DNA of 64,000 nucleotides from a candidate division TM6 bacterium GW2011_GWF2_30_66 (GTDB lineage Bacteria; Babelota; Babeliae; Babelales; Vermiphilaceae), in assembly GCA_000989195.1 (NCBI GenBank), contig LBOA01000001.1:5312-69311 (forward strand), in the 5' to 3' direction. The translations under genes and the position numbers were made by a program. The notes below the pieces were generated by a model. It searched no databases, was not told where the DNA came from, and saw only the letters and a program-made list of their open reading frames with translations. This document shows positions 47,471 to 55,891 of this stretch, one piece after another; within the stretch, counting starts at the first letter, position 1, and each line of letters starts with the position of its first letter.

Positions 47471-48724
47471 CTAAAAGAAAAGACTAAATACGCCCTTAAG
47501 TTTATCAAACTTATCTGAAAAAAAACCTTTATTACTAATACTTTTTACATCTACTATTGTATGCGTAAAAACATAATAATACCAATGTATTAATTTTGCA
47601 AATCTATTATCCTTTGGACCACTTGAATCAAAAATAGTTAAAATAACAGGACAATTTCCCGGCCTACTTTTGTCTTTCCACTCAATTTTTAACACAATCC
47701 AATGCTCTTTAACGCACAAATGCCTATCAAAAGAATTATCCCAATTCAAACTTAAACCATTAATGCTAACTAACTGACTTGACTTACTTCCCGTTCCAAC
47801 AATCAAGTATTGAGGCGTACCATTAATTTGAAAGTCCGCGATTCTATCTTGAGGATAATTTCTTCCGCCAAAAGTAATAATTTTTTCATCACTAATACTA
47901 TTGAACATATTTATATTTTCAACAGAAATCATAACATTATTTTTACATAAATTTTTAAGTCTTTTATTAATAATTTTCGAAATTTCATTATTAGCGACAG
48001 AGCCAGTCTTACCGTTATTAAAACCAACTAAGTTATTATAAAACAACCCAAAATTTTTACGATTCAAAAATTGATCGACTTGGATCTGACCAGTATATGC
48101 CATTAAAATATTATTTATAGCGTAGTAACCACAAGAATCTTCATCACCGTTAAAAACCCCATCCTGCTTAATTTGACATAAGCTTGGATGCTGAATAACT
48201 TTATATATATTTTTATCGCCACAATTGAAACGCTGTAAATCAACTATACTCACACTATTATTATATTTTTCAAAAACTGCTTCAATTTGCTTATTTAAAA
48301 TCAAACTTCCATCTTGAGCACTTTTAATACAACCATCGCAATTTGGATCAAGATCTACGCCAACCTCACAAGATTTATATTTATTACCTGAACTAAAATT
48401 ATTAATAATAATTTTGCATATTTTACTACCTGTTATCTTATTAAAACCATTAAAAACATAATTATTATTTATTTTATCTGCTTTAAAACTCAAATCTAGA
48501 CCTATACTTGCAACCTTTTGCCTTAATTGAGCACTAAAATCTTCAATATTTATGTCTATCTTATTAGTAGCAAAGACTTGATCAATATAGCCACTAACAA
48601 AGTCAGACAATACCCTCGCTTGAGCTTTAAATCCATCTTGCGCAAACAATGAAAATGAAGACGAAATAATAAGCGACACGATAAATGCATATAATATTTT
48701 TTCAAATTTACATAAAAAAAACAT
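47471..48724 (-). CDS. Secreted protein with a C-terminal papain-fold Cys-protease-like (Josephin-like) domain
   Basis: Signal peptide. QIKQDGVFNGDEDSCGYYAINNIL (Cys198) and LCVKEHWIVLK (His341) resemble the Josephin QEGSLCAQHCLNNLL and KEHWFTVRK motifs recalled from memory. Confidence 0.55.
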   Translation of the reverse strand: MFFLCKFEKILYAFIVSLIISSSFSLFAQDGFKAQARVLSDFVSGYIDQVFATNKIDINIEDFSAQLRQKVASIGLDLSFKADKINNNYVFNGFNKITGSKICKIIINNFSSGNKYKSCEVGVDLDPNCDGCIKSAQDGSLILNKQIEAVFEKYNNSVSIVDLQRFNCGDKNIYKVIQHPSLCQIKQDGVFNGDEDSCGYYAINNILMAYTGQIQVDQFLNRKNFGLFYNNLVGFNNGKTGSVANNEISKIINKRLKNLCKNNVMISVENINMFNSISDEKIITFGGRNYPQDRIADFQINGTPQYLIVGTGSKSSQLVSINGLSLNWDNSFDRHLCVKEHWIVLKIEWKDKSRPGNCPVILTIFDSSGPKDNRFAKLIHWYYYVFTHTIVDVKSISNKGFFSDKFDKLKGVFSLFF

Positions 48725-48960
48725 ACAAAACCTCTATTTCTTCAAATTATTTACATAAAATTCCGCTATACTCGCATAGCTTTAATAAAATTATTAGCTT
48801 TAATTGAAAATAAAACAATTTAAGCCTATTTATTTAAACCTGTTTAATTATACAAATGAATAATTAATAAAAAGAAATACTTAATTTACTAGCATATAAA
48901 AATATTAACACAGTTTCACAAAACTGTCAATCCGTCCAATAAAAACCTACTATATATATT

Positions 48961-49647
48961 TTAGCTATTCTTAACTATTTTAAGATGATAAACATATGCT
49001 GGAGGAAAATTAAGAAAAATAAGATCTCTATCAAATTCAAATTTCTTTAAAAACTCTTTTCTCATTTTAATATTATTTATTAAATCTAATTTTTCATCTC
49101 CAAATAGAAACAGTTTCTTTGTTTTGCCAGCAAGAGCATACTCAAAATATGACAAAACCCCATTATCTATGATAATATTTTTAAATTTTTCCAAAATATT
49201 ACTTACAAAAAATGAATCGAATGCATTAAAAGGCAACCCCGAAACTATAAAATCATATTTATACCCGGGCTCCCAATCTAAAATAGAAACACAGTGAATA
49301 TTAACGTTTTTATTATTTTTGAACTTTTTATTCAAAATTTCACAAAGACCATAATCAATTTCTATAACATCAACTATATCATTTTGCCCAATTTTATTTA
49401 TAATCTCTTGAGTAAAAACGCCTGTTCCAGCGCCAACCTCTAATATTTTTAATGGTGCATCTTTTGCCATAATATTTTTAGTTATTTTTTTTGCCAAAAA
49501 AGATGAGCTTGGCGTAGCAGCCCCCATAGATTTTGGATTTCTAAATATGGCAGAAACAAATCCCCCTAAATCTCCAAAAATAAGCATAAATGCTAAAAAT
49601 GCTAATATTAAAAATCCAAACACTATAAAAATTTTTCTTTTTAACAA
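48961..49647 (-). CDS. Class I SAM-dependent methyltransferase, phospholipid N-methyltransferase-like (COG3963-like), with an N-terminal TM helix
   Basis: GAATPSSSFLAKKI...ILEVGAGTGVFTQEII SAM-binding motif. Confidence 0.7.
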   Translation of the reverse strand: MLKRKIFIVFGFLILAFLAFMLIFGDLGGFVSAIFRNPKSMGAATPSSSFLAKKITKNIMAKDAPLKILEVGAGTGVFTQEIINKIGQNDIVDVIEIDYGLCEILNKKFKNNKNVNIHCVSILDWEPGYKYDFIVSGLPFNAFDSFFVSNILEKFKNIIIDNGVLSYFEYALAGKTKKLFLFGDEKLDLINNIKMRKEFLKKFEFDRDLIFLNFPPAYVYHLKIVKNS

Positions 49648-49675
49648 GTTCGTCCCCTATATAAAAATAATTAAT

Positions 49676-50371
49676 TTATAAATTTTGTTTATTTATAACC
49701 CTAAGACCCTCTCTAATAGAGAGACCAGAAAGTTTATCCCTATTTTCTTCTATAAAACTTTTTACACTATCAGGATCAACATAAGAATACTGTCTTAGCA
49801 TCCAACCAATAGCTTTGCGAATAAAAAAATCTTTTTCATGCGCCATTTTTAAAACAAGTTCCTTAAGCAAGTCAAAATCTGTCTTCTCTTTGTACTTTAA
49901 TTGCAAAAGTAAGCCCGTTCGCCTTACCCAAAGCTCTTCATCTTCTATCAATTTTCTAGATATTTTTGAAATATTTTCACTACCAATCAGCGCTTTGCCA
50001 ATAAAATTTGCAGCTACATAGTCTACAATATCCCACCATCTTGTAATTCTAACTATCTCTATATAAACATCCAAATTCTCTTGCGTGATAAACTTTTTAA
50101 AATTATCAGCATATTCTATTCCGGAATACCAAAATTCACGATACTCAGCATTTTTGAATATATAAATTAGCGTTTCTCTATACTCTTGATTGCTCTCAGG
50201 AGCATATTGTTTTAAAGAACCTTTAGTTATCGCTCTAACCTGCGGCATAGTAACGCCATAATAGGGCATACTTGATTTCATATACCTCTGCTGCTGCAAA
50301 GCCCTATCTTTATCAGAATTTTTTATAAACTTTTGCTCTAATACTCTTATTAATTCTTGCGCTTTATTCAT
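49676..50371 (-). CDS. DNA alkylation repair protein (AlkD/AlkC-like HEAT-repeat family)
   Basis: QQQRYMKSSMPYYGVTMPQVRAI, WWDIVD and DFFIRKAIGWMLRQYS are typical of the family. Confidence 0.75.
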   Translation of the reverse strand: MNKAQELIRVLEQKFIKNSDKDRALQQQRYMKSSMPYYGVTMPQVRAITKGSLKQYAPESNQEYRETLIYIFKNAEYREFWYSGIEYADNFKKFITQENLDVYIEIVRITRWWDIVDYVAANFIGKALIGSENISKISRKLIEDEELWVRRTGLLLQLKYKEKTDFDLLKELVLKMAHEKDFFIRKAIGWMLRQYSYVDPDSVKSFIEENRDKLSGLSIREGLRVINKQNL

Positions 50372-50378
50372 ACATAAA

Positions 50379-51713
50379 TCAAGAATTTAAAGACTTTATA
50401 TTATTATTAATATTAATTTTGTTAAAAATATCATCATAATCTTGGCCAGATTTATATATTATAGATGCACCAAGCTTTTGAAGCTTTTTATCTAAACTAT
50501 CATAACCACGTTTAAAGTGATGAACACCTGTCATAACAGTTTGACCTTCTGCAACAAAACCAGCTAAAACTAAAGCACAAGAAGCTCTTATGTCCGTTGC
50601 GATAACAGAAGCCCCATAAAGTTTTTCAACTCCAGTTATAATAGCAGTATCATGATCAACTTTTATTTGCGCTCCCATTTTTTGCAATTCACGAACATGC
50701 AATAATCTATTTTCAAAAACAGTTTCACAAACCACACTAGTTCCATCAGCCAAACATTGTGCAGCCATCATAGGAGCTTGTAAATCTGTTGGAAATCCTG
50801 GATATGGTCCAGTTTTAAATGATACAGCTTTAGGATCAGATGTGGCTTTTAATCTAATGCCAATATCGTTAACTCCAATTTCTAATTTATGACCCATTTC
50901 TTGTAATTTCATCAAAAAAATATCCATTGCAAAAGCAGGAGCATCTGGTAAATAAATTTCACCACCAGTTATTGCTGCGGCCAATAATAAAGCACCAGCT
51001 TCCAATCTATCAAAAACAATATTATGTTCAACAGGATTTAAGCTAGAAACACCTGTAATTTCTATAGTTGCCGCAGGTAATATTGCAATATTTGCGCCCA
51101 TCTTTCTTAAAATATCTATCAAATCTAAAACTTCTGGCTCAATAGCTGCGTTAATAATTCTTGTTACACCTTGAGTAAGAGTTGCAGCCATCATAACATT
51201 TTCTGTAGCGCCAACAGATGGATATTCTAAAACAATTTTATTGGCCTGTAATTTTCCAACCCTTGTAGAAATACACTCACCACTTACGTCTACATGCACA
51301 CCCATTCTTTCAAAGCCCTTCAAATGATAATCTATTGGCCTTGACCCAATAACACAGCCACCAGGAAGAGCAATATCAGCAGAACCAAATCGAGCAAGCA
51401 GTGGCCCCATAACTAAAAAAGAAGCCCGCATTTCTTTCATTATATCTCTAGACACATGATATTTATTTACGCCAAATGTATCTACTTGAAGAAAATTATT
51501 TTCAGAATCGAAAAAAACTTTTGCGCCCAAAGACTCCAAAAGCTTTATCATATTCAAAACATCCTGAGAATTTGGAACATTATAAAGTTTCGACTCTCCA
51601 TCAGCAAGCAACAAAGAAGCCATTATCACAAGAACAGCGTTCTTAGCGCCAACTAACTTTGCCTCACCCTTTAAATTAAGTGATTGCTCTACCAATATAC
51701 ATTCATTTGACAT
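50379..51713 (-). CDS. murA: UDP-N-acetylglucosamine 1-carboxyvinyltransferase
   Basis: LKGEAKLVGAKNAVLVIMASLLLA, the active-site loop LPGGCVIGSRPID, and GFPTDLQAPMMA. AAGAGG RBS before the ATG at 51713. Confidence 0.95.
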   Translation of the reverse strand: MSNECILVEQSLNLKGEAKLVGAKNAVLVIMASLLLADGESKLYNVPNSQDVLNMIKLLESLGAKVFFDSENNFLQVDTFGVNKYHVSRDIMKEMRASFLVMGPLLARFGSADIALPGGCVIGSRPIDYHLKGFERMGVHVDVSGECISTRVGKLQANKIVLEYPSVGATENVMMAATLTQGVTRIINAAIEPEVLDLIDILRKMGANIAILPAATIEITGVSSLNPVEHNIVFDRLEAGALLLAAAITGGEIYLPDAPAFAMDIFLMKLQEMGHKLEIGVNDIGIRLKATSDPKAVSFKTGPYPGFPTDLQAPMMAAQCLADGTSVVCETVFENRLLHVRELQKMGAQIKVDHDTAIITGVEKLYGASVIATDIRASCALVLAGFVAEGQTVMTGVHHFKRGYDSLDKKLQKLGASIIYKSGQDYDDIFNKININNNIKSLNS

Positions 51714-51829
51714 ATTCGGGCCTCTTAAACATAAAAAACACAATCTACACACTTACAAATTTATTATGAATACGCAAACTCAGACTAAAATAAATACAAC
51801 TATCAAAAGCAACAAAATCAATACAAAAA

Positions 51830-51858
51830 CCCGTTCGCCCTGAGTTAATCGAAGGGTC
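51830..51858 (+). repeat. Solo copy of the 29-nt element terminus
   Basis: CCCGTTCGCCCTGAGTTAATCGAAGGGTC matches the terminus at 26752-26780 at 28/29 positions. No inverted partner lies within the 250-bp intergenic region. Confidence 0.7.
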
Positions 51859-51966
51859 AAGATATAACCATAATTTTTTGCCATCCCTATAAGCAGTTAT
51901 AAACATTACTACCCCGGCACTCCCCTCTAAGCCCCATAGAAGCGAAGAAGTAATTGTACACTGCAA

Positions 51967-52674
51967 CTATAAATCTTTGCCATCCCACTCTTCCAAAAAA
52001 TCATCCAAAAACTCAATCATTATATCATGCCTTTTATCAGCAATCTCAACACCAGTTTTTGTATTCATTCTATCTTTTAATAATATTAATTTTTCATAAA
52101 AATGATTTATACTTGTCTTTTTACTTTCAAGATATTCTTGTGCAGATTTATGTGCAACAGGCTTAAATGAAGGGTCATGCATAATATTATTTTTATATCC
52201 ACCATATGCAAAACAACGAGCTATACCAATAGCTCCTATAGCATCCAACCTATCTGCATCTTGAACAACCATCCCCTCCATAGTGTCCATCTTATGGTTT
52301 ACGCCTGCACCCTTAAAAGAAATATCTTTAATTATTTTACATATATGCAGAATATCAGACTCATCTACAGACAAAGACTCCAACCACTCTCTTGCCATTT
52401 TTGGCCCAACAGTTTCGTCCCCATTTGTAAACTTCCAATCGGCTATATCATGGAGCAATGCTGACAACTCAACAATAAATAGGTCTGCCTCTTCCATGTC
52501 GCCTATTTTTTTTGACAAAGTCCAAACACGATAAACATGCCACCAATCATGGCCTGAAGAATCGCCATCTAATCTTTTTTTTACATAATCTGCTGTTTTT
52601 TTTATTACCTGTTCTTGCCTAATTTTTTTTGGGCATTTTGAACCGCTTGAAGAAACACTGCTTGATTTATACAC
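51967..52674 (-). CDS. HD-domain metal-dependent phosphohydrolase
   Basis: GHDWWHVYRVW...LSALLHDIADWKF...VQDADRLDAIGA. Confidence 0.85.
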   Translation of the reverse strand: MYKSSSVSSSGSKCPKKIRQEQVIKKTADYVKKRLDGDSSGHDWWHVYRVWTLSKKIGDMEEADLFIVELSALLHDIADWKFTNGDETVGPKMAREWLESLSVDESDILHICKIIKDISFKGAGVNHKMDTMEGMVVQDADRLDAIGAIGIARCFAYGGYKNNIMHDPSFKPVAHKSAQEYLESKKTSINHFYEKLILLKDRMNTKTGVEIADKRHDIMIEFLDDFLEEWDGKDL

Positions 52675-53416
52675 TTCTAATCTCCCCTGCTTTTTTTAAC
52701 GCTATTACTTCGTCTTTTTTTAACACTCTCCATCTACCAACTGGCAAACCCTTTTTTATAATACCTGCATAATTTATTCTGTCTAATTTTAATACGTTGT
52801 AACCACGCTCTTTAAATATTCTTCTTACGATTCTATTTTTACCGCTATGTATTTGTATTACTACATGCCTTCTATTTCTTTTTGAATCACAATATACTCT
52901 ATCAGGCTTTATAAAACCATCTTTAAGGGTTAAGCCATTTTTTATATCTATCAAGTCTTGACCCTTAAGCTCTTGGTCCAGAACAATACTATAAACTTTT
53001 TTCACCTCAGAACTTGGATGAGACAAATTTTGTGCTAGCTCCCCGTCATTTGTCAATAATAATAGCCCTGTTGTAAGCCTATCTAGACGACCAACCGGAT
53101 AAACTCGCTCTTTTACACCACCCCTTAGCAAATCTATTACAGATCTTCTACCTTCTTCATCTTCAACTGTTGTGATATAATCAATTGGCTTATTCAAAAG
53201 TATATAAACTTTTCTTTCACCTCTTACAATAGTTCCCTTAAAATGCACCTTATCTTCTTGCGACACTTTATGCCCCGGCTCTTTTATTGCCTTGCCATTT
53301 ACCTGCACATGCCCTAATTTTATAAATTCTACGGCATCTCTTCTGGAGCAAACTCCAGCGTTTGAGAGATACTTATTTAACGGCATTAATTCACTATTAT
53401 TTTCTTGTTTTTTCAT
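52667..53416 (-). CDS. rluB: Pseudouridine synthase, RluB/RsuA family
   Basis: S4 domain LNKYLSNAGVCSRRDAVEFIKLGHVQVNG and catalytic GRLDRLTTGLLLLTNDGELA. Confidence 0.88.
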   Translation of the reverse strand: MKKQENNSELMPLNKYLSNAGVCSRRDAVEFIKLGHVQVNGKAIKEPGHKVSQEDKVHFKGTIVRGERKVYILLNKPIDYITTVEDEEGRRSVIDLLRGGVKERVYPVGRLDRLTTGLLLLTNDGELAQNLSHPSSEVKKVYSIVLDQELKGQDLIDIKNGLTLKDGFIKPDRVYCDSKRNRRHVVIQIHSGKNRIVRRIFKERGYNVLKLDRINYAGIIKKGLPVGRWRVLKKDEVIALKKAGEIRSV

Positions 53417-54020
53417 ATAAAAATCGCATTATTTAAGGTTTTTTATCGATATTTGGTGCACACAATATGCGTCTAATATAATAACCGAATATTACTTATT
53501 AGTTAACAAAAAAGATATTTTAATTGTTAAAAAAATATCCCTGAAACATATTCTCCACAAACCAATAAAATATGTGCCTAAAAATATCGCTATTTTTACA
53601 AAACCAACTTGTTTACATTTTCACTCAAACTAACACTAAACTGCTTACAAAAACCCAATTTTTTTATAAAAACATACAAAATTTCAACTAATTTTAGCAC
53701 AAAACTCTCCAAGCCAACCCTTACAAAAGCCCCTATCCAACGCACATTTACTCACCCCTCCACCTGAAATAATTACAACTTGCAATATTTTCCTTGATTT
53801 TTCTTCATCAAAACTGATAGAATTATGGTATGAAGGTAAGAGAAGCAAAAAAAAGAAGGGTAAAAAGTAGTAATACGTAAAATGGTTGTTATTAAATGGT
53901 TGATTTTAAAATATCTAATTATGGAGGTGTATTTATGGTCTAGAAAAAAATTTAATATTTATTCGCGTTTCTTAATTAGTATTTTTAATAATTAACTTTT
54001 AAATAAATAGGAGATTTATA

Positions 54021-54692
54021 ATGAAAAATCTAAAAAAACAAATTTTATTCTCAGTTGCTTTTGTCGCATTATGCATAACCCCACTCTCTTTTGGAATAAA
54101 TATTTCACAAATAATAAGGGATAAAGATATAGCTAAAATAAGAGAACTTGTCGCAGATAAAACTTTTGACATTAATCAAAAAGATATTGATGGCTACACC
54201 CCTCTTATAACAGCTTGCAGCATGGGACATTTGGAGATAGTAAAAGAATTACTTAAACATCCAAATCTTAATATTAATATGAATGATGGTAGCGAATATA
54301 AAAGAACCGCTCTTTCTTTTGCAATGTACAATAAATCCATAGAACTTGTAAAATTATTATTAGCCCATGGAGCAGTTTTAGACGAAATAGCTATTCAAAA
54401 CGCAGGGGATTACGAATTTGCTGAATGGTCTAGCTTTAAGAATGGAATAGAGACAAAACATAAAGAAAAAAATATTTATAAAATATATGCTGACTTAATA
54501 CATAAATACGATAAAGCAAAAAACAAAAAACAATTTATTGAAAAATATAAAAATGACCAAGAAAAATATGACTTATTAAATAAAAGATGGTTAAATAGCC
54601 TAAAAGGTAAAAATCCATTTTTAACCACCGGCGGACAAAGAGTATTGGAAAGCGGTCTAAAAGCCGACGTAATAATACATACACAAGAATAA
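54021..54692 (+). CDS. Secreted ankyrin-repeat protein
   Basis: Signal peptide; DGYTPLITACSMGHLEIVKELLKHPNLNIN and RTALSFAMYNKSIELVKLLLAHGA repeats. Confidence 0.85.
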   Translation: MKNLKKQILFSVAFVALCITPLSFGINISQIIRDKDIAKIRELVADKTFDINQKDIDGYTPLITACSMGHLEIVKELLKHPNLNINMNDGSEYKRTALSFAMYNKSIELVKLLLAHGAVLDEIAIQNAGDYEFAEWSSFKNGIETKHKEKNIYKIYADLIHKYDKAKNKKQFIEKYKNDQEKYDLLNKRWLNSLKGKNPFLTTGGQRVLESGLKADVIIHTQE

Positions 54693-54734
54693 CTTTAAAT
54701 ACAAAATTACGTACAATTAATTGAAAATAATTGT

Positions 54735-54778
54735 AGAGGGTTGGAATTTGTAATAAATTATTCCAGCCCTCTTTTTTA
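54735..54778 (+). terminator. Intrinsic terminator after the ankyrin gene
   Basis: 13-bp stem AGAGGGTTGGAAT / ATTCCAGCCCTCT (one G:U pair) followed by TTTTTT. Confidence 0.65.
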
Positions 54779-54894
54779 TTACAAAATATCTATAAAAATA
54801 TAGTGCTATAAATTTACTAATTTATTAAAATAGTTTTACAGTATAAACTAAAAAATAAAATTATAAAATTATAAAAATTTATATAAAAAAAGGT

Positions 54895-55536
54895 ATGCCC
54901 ATGTCAGCAGAAAATTCATCTAAAAAAGGCTCATTAGAAGTAATATGCGGACCAATGTTTTCTGGCAAATCAGAAGAATTAATAAGAAGACTAAGAAGAG
55001 CGCAAATTGCAAAACAAAATGTTTTGACATGCAAACACAGTCTGGATAATCGATACATGATAGAGTGCATAATCTCTCATGATGGTAAAAAATTAGAAGC
55101 CGAAGCTATAGGCGATGTTCATGATATTTTTCGCTTAGGTAAAGACAGCAAAATAGAAGTTATTGGTATTGATGAAGTACAATGGTTTGACGCAACAATT
55201 GTAAGTATAATTAGTCAACTTATAGAAATGGGCAAACGTCTAATTGTCGCCGGATATGAGCTTGATTTTAGAGGCAGACCTGTTGGTCAAATGCCCGTAT
55301 TACTATCAATTGCTGACAAAGTAACAAAATTACAAGCAATATGTACATTATGTGGTAAAGATGCAACATTAACACAAAGATTGGTTAACGATAAACCTGC
55401 AAAATTTAACGATCCTGATATTGTTGTTGGCGGATCTGAACAATATCAAGCTAGATGCAGAAATTGCCATCATGTTGAATATGAAGTTGAAAAAGATAGA
55501 TATACTTTTAAAGAATTTAAACTAAAACAAATTTGA
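54895..55536 (+). CDS. tdk: Thymidine kinase
   Basis: GPMFSGKSEELIRR P-loop, IGIDEVQWF, and the zinc ribbon CTLCGKDA...CRNCH. The start may instead be the ATG at 54901. Confidence 0.93.
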   Translation: MPMSAENSSKKGSLEVICGPMFSGKSEELIRRLRRAQIAKQNVLTCKHSLDNRYMIECIISHDGKKLEAEAIGDVHDIFRLGKDSKIEVIGIDEVQWFDATIVSIISQLIEMGKRLIVAGYELDFRGRPVGQMPVLLSIADKVTKLQAICTLCGKDATLTQRLVNDKPAKFNDPDIVVGGSEQYQARCRNCHHVEYEVEKDRYTFKEFKLKQI

Positions 55537-55642
55537 GAAAATAACTGAATCATTAAAAAAACGAAACTATTTTTAAAAAATAAAATTATAAAAATTAGTT
55601 ACTCTAGCTAAGAAATATTTGAAATAAAGCGAATTATAATCT

Positions 55643-55792
55643 TACCCGTTCGCCCTGAGCCTAACGAAGGGTTGTAAATCATACCAAACTTTGATAAAAA
55701 TTTGTGCATGTCTTTGTAAAAAAATTAAATACTTAGCAAAAAAATGTTTGGCAGGAAAACATATCCTTCGACAAGCTCAGGACGAACGGGTA
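55643..55792. mobile_element. 150-bp ORF-less inverted-repeat element (MITE-like) between tdk and radA
   Basis: Left arm TACCCGTTCGCCCTGAGCCTAACGAAGGG, right arm TCCTTCGACAAGCTCAGGACGAACGGGTA. The outer 10 nt pair perfectly, the inner parts are diverged, and the core is AT-rich. Confidence 0.6.
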
Positions 55793-55891
55793 AGGGGAAT
55801 TCTAAAATTCTTAGACTCTAACTCATGAAATATAGATAAATATATTCGCAAAATTCTTAGCTACAGTTAACGCAAACTTAAGTTATTATAT

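Noticed and set aside
51745-51966. 73-aa minus-strand ORF between murA and the HD gene, and the idea that its KKLWLYL segment is a truncated GIY-YIG N-terminus
   Set aside because: The frame simply reads through the solo repeat (…DPSINSGRTG…). The resemblance to the YVYIL motif is only 3-4 residues, and there is no RBS.
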